Source of the DNA: Bradymonadia bacterium
GTDB lineage: Bacteria > Myxococcota_A > Bradymonadia > UBA7976 > UBA1532
DNA: 64,000 bases
Direction of reading: 5' to 3'
Assembly: GCA_046290225.1 (NCBI GenBank)
Contig: JBKAGE010000079.1
Span: 192,001 to 256,000, forward strand
The notes under the pieces are model-generated. The model worked only from the letters and a program-made list of their open reading frames with translations. It ran no database searches and was not told where the DNA came from. Positions 17,571 to 26,769 of this stretch are shown here, in pieces (the first letter of the stretch is position 1; each line of letters opens with the position of its first letter). The position numbers were made by a program, and so were the translations under genes.

Positions 17571-20153
17571 TCAGCTGCGCTTTCGCCTGAAGCGAGGCCC
17601 CACGGGCGGGGCATTGGCCGGATCCTCTGGCCAGGGATGCTTGGGATAACGCCCGCGTAAATCCTTCCGTACATCCGCATAGGTGTTGGCCCAAAATCCG
17701 GCGAGATCGCTCGTGATCTGCACCGGCCGCATGTTGGGGGCCAGCAAGTGCAGCTTCACCGCCACCCGACCACCGCCGACACGTGGGGTCTCCTTCATGC
17801 CGAAGAGGTGTTGAATGCGGGCGCTGAAGATGGGGGGCGCCTCTGGGGTGCTGTACTCGATACGAGCTGTGGCACCCCCTGGGAGGACCATGCGATCAGG
17901 AGCGAGGCGCTCCACTGCCTGAGCTGCGCCATATCCGATGTGATCTCGAATCGCCTGAATCAAGTCGATGCGCTGCAAATCGGCGAAGCTGCGTCTGCCG
18001 AGACACTGCGTCACGATGAACGGATCAGGGGGGCCGTCCATGGGGCTGTGGAGCGCATCGAGGCTGGGCAAGCCGAGGCTCGGTGCCCAGGTTGCGGCGC
18101 AGCGGAGTCGGGCCAGCCAGTTGAGGGCTTTGTCGTCTGGGCGGAAGGCCCGTACAGGGTCGGCTGCAGCGGCCTCAGCGAGCACTTGAGACACCGCCGC
18201 AGCATCGGCCTCGGACCCTGCAGGGACTTCGTCGAGGGTGAGCGCCAGATGGCGCAGCGCCATGTGTTGAACCACCGCCTCGCGCTCCGGGTCGAACTGG
18301 GTGATCAGCGTGCGCTCGGTCTCTAACCACGCACGCTCCACCGCCCAGGCGCTGGTGATCTGATGCTCTGCCGTGCGACCGCCTTCGAGACCGACGGCGA
18401 GGATCAAATCGTCGGCCTTCACCGCGCTTCGGCTCGAGAGGCGGGCCCCGCTCCCCCCGGCGAGTTTAAAACGATCGCTTTGAGGCCCCCGGCGCAGGGC
18501 CACCCGATCGGGAAACCCTGCCATGAGCGCGCGCACCAGGGGTCGTTGACCCGAGACGAAGGCGCCTGGGCGGCCAAGCTGGCGTTGGGCGATGGCCATG
18601 AGCTGATCTCGGGTGCGGACCACCCGGTCTGCAGCGCTCGCGGAGACCCCCCATCGGCCACAGGCCCGTCGGCTGAAGCCCTGGCCCGGTGGCGCGATGT
18701 CGGCGAGGGCCTCGAGGCGTAGATCGAGATCACTGTGGGCCACTGTACCGGGCGGGGGCTCTATGAAGATGTCCCGCTCACTGGCCAGGGCCGCCACTGT
18801 GGCCACCTCGTCGAGACGGCCCACGGCATGGCCGGCGATGATGGCGCGACCGAGGCGTGGGTGAACCGGCAGGGCAGAGAGGGTACGCCCCAGCGCCGTG
18901 AGGCCCTGAGCGTCGAGGGCGCCGAGCCGGTGGAGCAGAGCTTCTCCTTGAGCAATCGCCCGGGGGTCTGGGGCCTGGAACCACCGAAACGCCTCAGGGG
19001 TGGAGCCCCAGCTGAGGATCTCCAGCACAGTGGAGGCGAGATCGGCCCGTTCGAACTCGGCGAGATCCGAAGGTGCGCGGCGTCGATGATCGATGTCGGT
19101 CCACAGACGCACGCAGCGACCAGCGCGGGTACGGCCGGCGCGGCCCGCTCGCTGATCAGCAGAGGCCTGGCTGATCGGCTGGAGCTCGAGCCGGGAGAGC
19201 CCTGCTGCAGGGTCGAACCGGGGCACGCGGGCCACCCCGCTGTCGATCACGAGCACCACACCGTCCACCGTGATCGAGGTCTCGGCGATGTTGGTGGCGA
19301 GGATGATTTTACGGCGTGGCCCCGAGGCCAGGGCGGCATCTTGAGCCGCCGCCGGAAGACGGCCGTGAAGGGGCATCACCTCTACCCCTGAGGGCAGGCT
19401 GCTGTCGAGCAGGCGTCGACGGACCCCCTCGATCTCCCCGACACCGGGCAGAAAGGTCAGGATGTGACCCACAGACCGGTCGCTCTGTTGCTCCAGGGCA
19501 TCGAGCTCACTGCGGATCATCTGAGTGGCCCTGTCCACGAGTGGAGCCTCGGAGGACCGGGCCACATGGCTGATCTCCACCGGGAAGGTGCGCCCCTTGC
19601 TCTCAATGACCGGGCAGGGCTGCCCCACGGCTTCTGTGAGGAAGTCGGAGACTGGCCCGGGATCGAGGGTGGCCGACATGACCACCACCTTCAGATCGTC
19701 ACGGACTGCGCTGCAGATCTCTCCGAGCAGAGCGAGGCCGAGATCTGCAGTGAGGCTGCGCTCGTGGAACTCGTCCAGGATCACCACCCCGACATCTTCG
19801 AGGAACGGATCACTCTGAATACGCCGGGTCAGCAGCCCCTCAGTGACGATCTCGATGCGGGTCTTGGGGCCGACCTTGCGGTCGAACCGCACGGCGTAGC
19901 CCACCTCACCGCCGAGAGGTGATCGACGGCTCTCGGCGATGCGTCGCGCCGTGGCCCGGGCCGCCACGCGTCGTGGTTGGAGCATGAGCACCTTGCCCTC
20001 GCCGGCGAGGCCCGCGTCGAGCAGGGCCCCCGGCACCCGTGTGCTCTTGCCTGCACCAGGGGGGGCCACGAGGACTGCCACACCAGCGCGCTTCACAGCG
20101 GCGACGAGATCAGGCAGTACCTCATCAATGGGCAGCGGAGCAGGTACAGTCAC
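17571..20153 (-). CDS. hrpB: ATP-dependent RNA helicase HrpB
   Basis: APPGAGKST, LQPRRVAAR, DEFHER, MSAT, ATNIAETSIT, QRAGRAGR, C-terminal LRGRYPKHPWP. Confidence 0.95.
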   Translation of the reverse strand: MTVPAPLPIDEVLPDLVAAVKRAGVAVLVAPPGAGKSTRVPGALLDAGLAGEGKVLMLQPRRVAARATARRIAESRRSPLGGEVGYAVRFDRKVGPKTRIEIVTEGLLTRRIQSDPFLEDVGVVILDEFHERSLTADLGLALLGEICSAVRDDLKVVVMSATLDPGPVSDFLTEAVGQPCPVIESKGRTFPVEISHVARSSEAPLVDRATQMIRSELDALEQQSDRSVGHILTFLPGVGEIEGVRRRLLDSSLPSGVEVMPLHGRLPAAAQDAALASGPRRKIILATNIAETSITVDGVVLVIDSGVARVPRFDPAAGLSRLELQPISQASADQRAGRAGRTRAGRCVRLWTDIDHRRRAPSDLAEFERADLASTVLEILSWGSTPEAFRWFQAPDPRAIAQGEALLHRLGALDAQGLTALGRTLSALPVHPRLGRAIIAGHAVGRLDEVATVAALASERDIFIEPPPGTVAHSDLDLRLEALADIAPPGQGFSRRACGRWGVSASAADRVVRTRDQLMAIAQRQLGRPGAFVSGQRPLVRALMAGFPDRVALRRGPQSDRFKLAGGSGARLSSRSAVKADDLILAVGLEGGRTAEHQITSAWAVERAWLETERTLITQFDPEREAVVQHMALRHLALTLDEVPAGSEADAAAVSQVLAEAAAADPVRAFRPDDKALNWLARLRCAATWAPSLGLPSLDALHSPMDGPPDPFIVTQCLGRRSFADLQRIDLIQAIRDHIGYGAAQAVERLAPDRMVLPGGATARIEYSTPEAPPIFSARIQHLFGMKETPRVGGGRVAVKLHLLAPNMRPVQITSDLAGFWANTYADVRKDLRGRYPKHPWPEDPANAPPVGPRFRRKRS

Positions 20154-20188
20154 GCAATTCTCTCCGTGCTGACTTTGGAGCGAGATTT

Positions 20189-20959
20189 ATGAAGATCATG
20201 AGCTGGAACGTCAATTCAGTCCGGGTACGCACCGAGCGCCTCGTAGAAGTGCTGCGGCGTCACCGGCCCGACGCCCTGTGTCTGCAGGAGCTCAAGACCG
20301 TCGACTCTGGGTTCCCCTTCTCCGAGATCGAGGCCGAGGGCTACCACGCAGTGACCCTCGGGCAGAAAACCTACAACGGGGTGGCCATCTTGTCGCCGGT
20401 GAAGCCCATGAGTGTGGTGCGCAACATGGGTGATGGCGTCGCCGACGAGCAGGCCAGACTGATCAGCGCCATCATCAACGGTGTTCAGGTCATCTCGGTC
20501 TACGTACCGAACGGTGGGGTGGTGGGCTCGGACAAGTGGGACTACAAGCGCCAGTGGTTCAGCCGGCTGCGTACGTGGCTCGATGGCCACTCCGATCCGT
20601 CACAGAAGGTGGCCCTCTGTGGTGACTTCAACGTAGCCATCGAAGATCGAGACGTGCACAACATCGACGCGTGGGCCAATTCCGTGCTGTGTGTGCCCGA
20701 GATCAGGGCCGACATGCAGCGTATCCTGGACTGGGGCTTCACGGACACGTTCCGCCTGCACGAGGTGGCCTCCGGCAAGCACAGCTGGTGGGACTATCGG
20801 GGGCTCTCGTTCCCGAAGAACAGGGGCCTGCGCATCGACTATGTGTTATCGACCTCGACGCTCACCGCGGCGTGTACCGACGCGGGCATCGATCGCAACG
20901 AGCGCAAGGGCAAGCAGCCCTCGGATCATGCGCCGGTCTGGGCCGACTTCGACATCTGA
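20189..20959 (+). CDS. xth: Exodeoxyribonuclease III
   Basis: MKIMSWNVNSVR, LQELK, YNGVAI, YVPNG, GDFNVA, WWDYR, LRIDY, SDHAPV. Confidence 0.95.
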   Translation: MKIMSWNVNSVRVRTERLVEVLRRHRPDALCLQELKTVDSGFPFSEIEAEGYHAVTLGQKTYNGVAILSPVKPMSVVRNMGDGVADEQARLISAIINGVQVISVYVPNGGVVGSDKWDYKRQWFSRLRTWLDGHSDPSQKVALCGDFNVAIEDRDVHNIDAWANSVLCVPEIRADMQRILDWGFTDTFRLHEVASGKHSWWDYRGLSFPKNRGLRIDYVLSTSTLTAACTDAGIDRNERKGKQPSDHAPVWADFDI

Positions 20960-20965
20960 GTCGGG

Positions 20966-22693
20966 TCAGGTGGAGAGGGGGGCCAGGCTGTGGGTGGTGG
21001 GGTCCTGATCATCACAGGTGTAGATGATCTCTACCCGGTTGCCACGACCCAGGTAGCGCACCCGATCGCAGAACTGTCGAACCAGGAAGATGCCCCGCCC
21101 GCCGTATGACGGAGGGACCTTCGCCGCCTTGTGCGGGTCGAAGCCGGGGCCGCTGTCTTCCACTCGAGCGACCACTTGCCCTGCCTCACGACCCTTGAAC
21201 AACAACACCTCGATGTTGATCCAGCCCTGGTGCAGCTCCATCAAGCGGGTGGCGCGCTCGGCGTAGTACTTCGAGTAGCCCTCGGTAGAGCGTTTGAGTT
21301 GACCGTCGAGGCGGAGCAGACCGTGCTCCAGAGCGTTGTTGTAGAGCTCTGACAAGATCAGGCGGATGCGCTCCCGATGACGATGCTCCCCCAGATGGTT
21401 CACGATCTGGTCCACGAGACCGGAGATCGGATCCTGCTCTTTGAGGGCGTCGGCCTTGAGCTCGATGGAGAGGCGGAACCCCGTCGAGCCCACAGGGGCC
21501 GGGCGACCCGACCGCTCCGGAACCGTGATCTCGATGATCGAGGTGTCATCTGTGGGCTGTGCCCGACCGCGGAACGAATGCAAGTTGCTGATCAGCCGCT
21601 CGACGACGCCGGTCTGGCCTGAGAGGCCCATCCCCGGTGAAGGCAACTCCGCACCGCTCAGCTCGGCCTCCAGACGGTCCTGCCCGAAGCCACCGCCATC
21701 GGGGTTTCGCGTCTCGATGACCCCGTCCGAATAGGCGTAGAGTCGATCCCCGGGCTCCACGATGCGAGTGCTCACCCGAGCGGTGAACTCCGTCAGGGGC
21801 AAGATCCCCAGAGGTAGATGATCAGAGGCCACGTGGTCGAGCTGGCCGCTCTCCCTCAAAATCAGCACATCGGGCATGCCGGCATTGAGCACCCTCAGGC
21901 GCCCCGTGGCAGGATCGAGAGAGAGGAGCACCGCAGCGAAGAAGATGCCTGGAGGCAGGATCTCCTTGAGGCGGTTGTGGATCGCCCGGGCGATGTCGTC
22001 GATGTCGAAGCCTTGGGGCACCATGCGCAAGAACAGCTCGGTGGCGGGCATGGCGCAGTGGGCCGCGGCGATGCTGTGACCCGAAGCGTCACCCACCATG
22101 GCCACCAGCCGACCGCTCGGTGCACGCCCGGCGAGTACACGATCACCGCTGAATATGGCCGCCGGCACCGAGTGGTGCCTGATCCAAGGCACGTTCACCG
22201 TGTCCTCGTCGATGGACCGGGCGGAGATGCGCTCGGCCATCTCCACCTCCTGGCGAATCGTCTGCTGGTGCAGGTGGGAAATGTCGCGCTGATCTTTCAT
22301 CTCCCGATACAGACGACCCACCCGCAACAGCGCCGTGATCTTCGCCGTGAGGATCGGGCGACTCCACGGTTTGGTGAGGAAGTCGTCACCGCCAGCCTCG
22401 ATGCAGTGCACCAGCAGCGCTTCGTCTTCGACCCCGGTGATGAAGATGATGGGGACGAAGCGCTCGCCGGCCTGGGCCTTGATGAGGCGCGCGGCCTCCC
22501 AGCCCGTCATGCGGGGCATTCGGGCGTCCATGAGCACGAGATCGGGGTGCTTGCGGTGAAACAGGTCCACCGCCTCGAGGCCGTCCTGAGCGAGGATCGG
22601 CTCGAAGCCCTCGGCCTTGAGCATCCCCTTGAGCTGAGCTCGGCCCACGGCGTCGTCGTCGGCCACCAGGATCCGCGGCTGTGGATTGCTCAT
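20966..22693 (-). CDS. Receiver + PP2C/SpoIIE phosphatase + anti-sigma-type kinase domain (HsbR-like)
   Basis: REC domain (VADDD, MDARMP, KP), PP2C motifs SGD, GDASGH, SDGVIE and DDTS, and HATPase ELYNNALEHG, DSGPGFD, GRGI. Confidence 0.88.
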   Translation of the reverse strand: MSNPQPRILVADDDAVGRAQLKGMLKAEGFEPILAQDGLEAVDLFHRKHPDLVLMDARMPRMTGWEAARLIKAQAGERFVPIIFITGVEDEALLVHCIEAGGDDFLTKPWSRPILTAKITALLRVGRLYREMKDQRDISHLHQQTIRQEVEMAERISARSIDEDTVNVPWIRHHSVPAAIFSGDRVLAGRAPSGRLVAMVGDASGHSIAAAHCAMPATELFLRMVPQGFDIDDIARAIHNRLKEILPPGIFFAAVLLSLDPATGRLRVLNAGMPDVLILRESGQLDHVASDHLPLGILPLTEFTARVSTRIVEPGDRLYAYSDGVIETRNPDGGGFGQDRLEAELSGAELPSPGMGLSGQTGVVERLISNLHSFRGRAQPTDDTSIIEITVPERSGRPAPVGSTGFRLSIELKADALKEQDPISGLVDQIVNHLGEHRHRERIRLILSELYNNALEHGLLRLDGQLKRSTEGYSKYYAERATRLMELHQGWINIEVLLFKGREAGQVVARVEDSGPGFDPHKAAKVPPSYGGRGIFLVRQFCDRVRYLGRGNRVEIIYTCDDQDPTTHSLAPLST

Positions 22694-22995
22694 GGCACGA
22701 TGTTGAAGAGCTGATCGAAGTTGGCGATGCGCAGCACCCGCAAGATCTCCTCATTGGGATGGGCGAGGGTGATGTCGGCGTCCGTGCCGCCAGCGAACTC
22801 GCGGTGCATGAGCAACATGCCGAGGCCCGAGCTGTCGATGAAGCTCGACTGAGTAAAGTCGATGACGAACTTGTCGTCGGGCTGACCGCTGCGGAAGGCT
22901 GCCTGGAACTGGGACAAGATCAAGAAGGTGAAATCCTTCTCGATGGTGATGGTCCGCACCCGAGTCACCGGATCATAATGGGTCTTGATCGCCAT
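22690..22995 (-). CDS. STAS-domain anti-sigma factor antagonist (HsbA-like)
   Basis: FIDSSGLGMLL, ILRVLRIANFDQLF. AGGAGG SD; ATGA overlap with the downstream gene. Confidence 0.9.
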   Translation of the reverse strand: MAIKTHYDPVTRVRTITIEKDFTFLILSQFQAAFRSGQPDDKFVIDFTQSSFIDSSGLGMLLMHREFAGGTDADITLAHPNEEILRVLRIANFDQLFNIVP

Positions 22996-23109
22996 ACCCC
23001 TCCTCCTGCCCGTGGTGCAGACGCACGTCGAGCAGGGTGTGTCGAGTCACCACAGTGTGCCTCGACCCTCGCGTGACGGCAAATCCACGTGAAATTACGG
23101 GGAGAGCGC

Positions 23110-25425
23110 TCAGGTCTCGTCGAGTAGAACCGGGGCGCCGTCGAAGGTACGGGCAGAGTGCACCAGCAGGGTGGTGTTGAGGGCCGCCATCATGTCGGTG
23201 TACTGGCGGATGAAGTCCTCTGGGGCCTCACCTTCACCGGGCATGCGCAGCCCGACAAGGGACAAATCAGCGTTGGCCCCCTCGGCGGCCATGATCTCCG
23301 AGATGGCCCGACCATCGCGTCGTATGATGCGAGTCTCTGCTTCGACGCGAGCGCTCTCAAAGACTTGAGCGAGGCGCTCGGCGGCTTGCGTCTTGCCCTC
23401 GTCGTCGTCCACCACAGTGAGGGTGATCACCCGGGCCTTGCGCCAGGCGTGGTGACTCTTGATCAGCTGGGCCATGAGCAGCATCAAGCCGCCATTGCCC
23501 GCCAGGCCACCCCACCAGATGTGGATCTCCGCCCGATCGCCATACCCGCGTTTGGCGTCGTGGTTCACCAGCAGCAGCGAGCGATCGAGCTGAGTGAGAT
23601 CAGTGAGCATGCGGGTGTAGGCCTCGGCGCGCTCGATCTTCTTGGGCCACCCCAGCAGCACGGTGTTGGCTTCGAAGCTGCCGATGCCGTAGCTCTGAGC
23701 CACCTGCACCGCGCCGCGATACACGTCGTCGACGACGTCGACTTTGAAGAAGACGTGGGGGAACCGGGGCTCGAGGTTCTTGTCCATCTGCGCCAGGGCC
23801 TCGCGGCGCTCACCGGCCCGGGCTTTGACGTCACCCCGAAGCAACATGAAGTACGAGACCAGGCCGCGATCCTGAACCAGCGCGGAGCCCAGCTCCAGCA
23901 GGTGGCGGCGCTTGTTGGGGTGCCCACCCATGATGACCAGGTTGGGCCGCCAGTTCATGGCGTGGTAGGGGGCGCGCTTGAGACGGATGAGGGCAGAGCG
24001 CACCATGGCGGACCAGATGCCGTGGCGGGCGTCGCCGAAGGTGCTGGTGAGCATGCGGCGTTGAGTCACCACATAGATGGTGCCACAGACGAGTGTGGCC
24101 ACCAGCATCGCCGCCATGTTGATGATGCTCATCACATAGAAACAGGCGATGGCGCCAAAGAGGCTCACCAGGCTGGGCACCCGGAAGGTGGGCCGGAAGC
24201 TCGGGCTCGCCGCCCACTTCTCCAGGGCCGAGGCGAGGTTGGTCACCCCGTAGGTGGCCAGGAAGAACATGGTGAGCACTGGGGCGATGGCGTTGAGATC
24301 ACCGAGGAGGATGCCCGCCTGAGCGATGAGGTAGGTCACCGCGAGGCCCGCTCGAGGCTCATTGGCGGGCCCGGAGCCCTTGGCGAGGAAGCCGGGGCTC
24401 AGGCCGTCCACCGCGAGAGCCTGAATCGTGCGAGGCGCCGCAAGAATGCTGCCCACGGCGCTCGACAGCGTGGCCCCCCAGACCCCAGCGAAGATCAGTG
24501 CCGGCACTGCGGAGATGTCCCAGACCACGTTCTGCGAAGTGCGCAGGGTCTCGGGATCAGCGTTCATCGCCAGCCAGATGGGGAAGATCAGATACACCAG
24601 CCAGCCCACGAGGATGGCGGCGATGGTGCCTCGAGGCAGGGCCCGCCGGGGATCTTTGAGATCGCCCGACATGCTCACCCCCGCCATGATCCCCGTCACC
24701 GCAGGGAAGAAGAGGGCGAACATCTCGGAGAAGGACTCCTCGCCGGAGACGAACCAGGTGATGTCTTCAGGGGCGTCTTCTGCCCGCCCCAACAGGAACG
24801 AGAGCAGCGACAGCACGATGGCTGCCATGACCACATACTGGGTCTTCAGAGCGAGATCCGTGCTCTTGAGGGTGATCAGCGTGAGCACCATGAGCACGGC
24901 GCTGCCGATGATCTTGAACAACGTGGGATCAAAGGCGGCGCTGTTCGGGTTGAGGGGATCCCACAGGTAGCCCACGGACTCGCAGAAGCCCACCACATAG
25001 AAAGTGATGCTCAGGGCCTGGGCGAGGAACAGCGGGATGCCGATCGAGGCGCCCACTGGCGCCCCGAGAGACCTGCTGATCATGTAGTAGGCCCCACCGG
25101 GACCCACGGTGCGGTTGGTGGCGATGGCCGCCACCGAGAGCCCCGTGGCGAGGGAGATCAGGTGGGAGAGCACCACCACGGCAAGGGCGCCCACGAGGCC
25201 GATGTTGCCCACCACCTCGCCGAAGCGCAGGTACATGATCACGCCGAGGATCGTGAGGATGCTCGGCGTGAACACGCCGCCAAAGGCACCAAAACGTCGA
25301 CTGTCGCTCGGGGGCTGCTCGTCGAGGGTGTGCTGGCCGATGGGAGTGGGGGTGGGCTCGAGGCTCAGAGACGCCGGGCCGCTCTCTGGCGGCGGGGCCT
25401 CAGGGGGGGCAGGGGTGTTGGACAT
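23110..25425 (-). CDS. Cation-chloride cotransporter (SLC12/CCC)-family permease
   Basis: GVFTPSILTILGVIMYLR, GGAYYMISRSLG, FFPAVTGIMAG, SGDLKDP, SPSFRPTF, NWRPN, plus a cytoplasmic C-terminal domain. Confidence 0.9.
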   Translation of the reverse strand: MSNTPAPPEAPPPESGPASLSLEPTPTPIGQHTLDEQPPSDSRRFGAFGGVFTPSILTILGVIMYLRFGEVVGNIGLVGALAVVVLSHLISLATGLSVAAIATNRTVGPGGAYYMISRSLGAPVGASIGIPLFLAQALSITFYVVGFCESVGYLWDPLNPNSAAFDPTLFKIIGSAVLMVLTLITLKSTDLALKTQYVVMAAIVLSLLSFLLGRAEDAPEDITWFVSGEESFSEMFALFFPAVTGIMAGVSMSGDLKDPRRALPRGTIAAILVGWLVYLIFPIWLAMNADPETLRTSQNVVWDISAVPALIFAGVWGATLSSAVGSILAAPRTIQALAVDGLSPGFLAKGSGPANEPRAGLAVTYLIAQAGILLGDLNAIAPVLTMFFLATYGVTNLASALEKWAASPSFRPTFRVPSLVSLFGAIACFYVMSIINMAAMLVATLVCGTIYVVTQRRMLTSTFGDARHGIWSAMVRSALIRLKRAPYHAMNWRPNLVIMGGHPNKRRHLLELGSALVQDRGLVSYFMLLRGDVKARAGERREALAQMDKNLEPRFPHVFFKVDVVDDVYRGAVQVAQSYGIGSFEANTVLLGWPKKIERAEAYTRMLTDLTQLDRSLLLVNHDAKRGYGDRAEIHIWWGGLAGNGGLMLLMAQLIKSHHAWRKARVITLTVVDDDEGKTQAAERLAQVFESARVEAETRIIRRDGRAISEIMAAEGANADLSLVGLRMPGEGEAPEDFIRQYTDMMAALNTTLLVHSARTFDGAPVLLDET

Positions 25426-25479
25426 GCGGGCATTTATCCAGATACCCGCCCGTGGGGCAAGAGTAAGGGCGCTTGCCTC

Positions 25480-26583
25480 TTACTGACCGCGATCGTAGCG
25501 CTTGGGCTGGTGGCGCACATAGCGATCGTTCATCTTCGCCACAGCGGCGATCCGGCGCTCGGCGAGGGTGTTCGCCGCCTGCACCGTGGTGACCTCTTCT
25601 TCGCGGGCGATGCGGAAGATCTGCGTGGTGATGTCGTAGATGCTCCGGGCGTGCTTGAGGGCCCGCTCCTGGTTGTAGCCCTCGAGCTCGTTGGCCACAT
25701 TGATGAGACCACCGGCGTTCACCACATAGTCCGGGGCGTAGAGGATGTCGCGCTCGGCGAGGGCCTTGGCGTGTTTGACCTCGTCGCCGAGGATGTTGTT
25801 GGCGCTGCCGGCCACCACGCTGCACTTGAGGCGGGGGATGGTCTCGTCGTTCACCACAGCGCCGAGGGCGCAGGGGGCGAAGACGTCGGCATCCACGTCG
25901 TAAATGGCGTCGGGGGCCACCACCTCTACGCCGTTGAAGTCTTTGGTCACTCGGGCGAGGGCCTCGGCGAAGATGTCGCAGATGAAGACGTGGGCGCCCT
26001 CCTCGACCAGGTACTTGGTCAGGTAGTAGCCCACATGCCCGGCGCCCTGAATCGCCACCTTCCGTCCCGCGAGGGACTCGTTGCCCGTGGTCCACTTCAG
26101 CGAGGCCTTGATGCCCTCGTAGGTGCCCAGGGCCGTCACCGGGCTCGGATCACCGGAGCCGCCCAGGGCCCGGCTGATGCCCACGACGTAGTCGGTCTCC
26201 ATGCGCACCCACTCCATGTCCTGGACCGAGGTGCCCACATCTTCCGCGGTGATGTAGCGGCCGCCGATGCCCTGGATGAAGCGACCGTAGCTGCGCCACA
26301 GGAACTCGTTCTTCATCGTCTTGCTGTCGCCGATGATGACCGCCTTGCCACCGCCGAGGTTGAGCCCCGCCGCCGCAGACTTGTAGGTCATCCCCCGGGA
26401 GAGACGGAGCACGTCTCTCACTGCCTCTTCTTCAGAGGTGTAGTGCCACATGCGGGTGCCGCCGAGGGCGGGGCCGAGTGTGGTGTCGTGGATGCCCACG
26501 ATGGCTTTGAGGCCGGTGACCTCGTCGTGGCAGAAGATCAGCTGCTCGTGATCCCGCTTGGCCATCTGGTCGAAGATGCTCAT
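25480..26583 (-). CDS. Leucine dehydrogenase (Glu/Leu/Phe/Val dehydrogenase family)
   Basis: IHDTTLGPALGGTRM, RLSRGMTYK, GGGKAVI, YITAEDVGT, GSGDPSPVTA, PCALG, GSANN, APDYVVNAGG. Confidence 0.93.
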   Translation of the reverse strand: MSIFDQMAKRDHEQLIFCHDEVTGLKAIVGIHDTTLGPALGGTRMWHYTSEEEAVRDVLRLSRGMTYKSAAAGLNLGGGKAVIIGDSKTMKNEFLWRSYGRFIQGIGGRYITAEDVGTSVQDMEWVRMETDYVVGISRALGGSGDPSPVTALGTYEGIKASLKWTTGNESLAGRKVAIQGAGHVGYYLTKYLVEEGAHVFICDIFAEALARVTKDFNGVEVVAPDAIYDVDADVFAPCALGAVVNDETIPRLKCSVVAGSANNILGDEVKHAKALAERDILYAPDYVVNAGGLINVANELEGYNQERALKHARSIYDITTQIFRIAREEEVTTVQAANTLAERRIAAVAKMNDRYVRHQPKRYDRGQ

Positions 26584-26613
26584 GAAACCCTCCGTTCACA
26601 CGCCTTCTACAGC

Positions 26614-26633
26614 CGTGTAAAAAGATTTACGCG
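26614..26633. promoter_or_regulatory. Imperfect palindrome upstream of the leucine dehydrogenase gene (candidate operator)
   Basis: CGTGTAAA-AAGA-TTTACGCG, 30-50 bp upstream of the ATG. Confidence 0.35.
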
Positions 26634-26769
26634 TTCATGCGTATGTAGTGACAAAGATTGACATCATCGCGCGCATAATGGGGCAAAGTCACTGGGCGAG
26701 CAACCGCTATCAGCACCCGATTTGGGGCGATCACCACAAAAGTACACGTGAGGTCGAAGGGCGGGGTGC

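Noticed and set aside
23158..26661. 1167-aa + strand ORF
   Set aside because: It is the antisense shadow of the SLC12 and leucine dehydrogenase genes. It has no recognisable motifs, and such shadows are typical of high-GC3 DNA.
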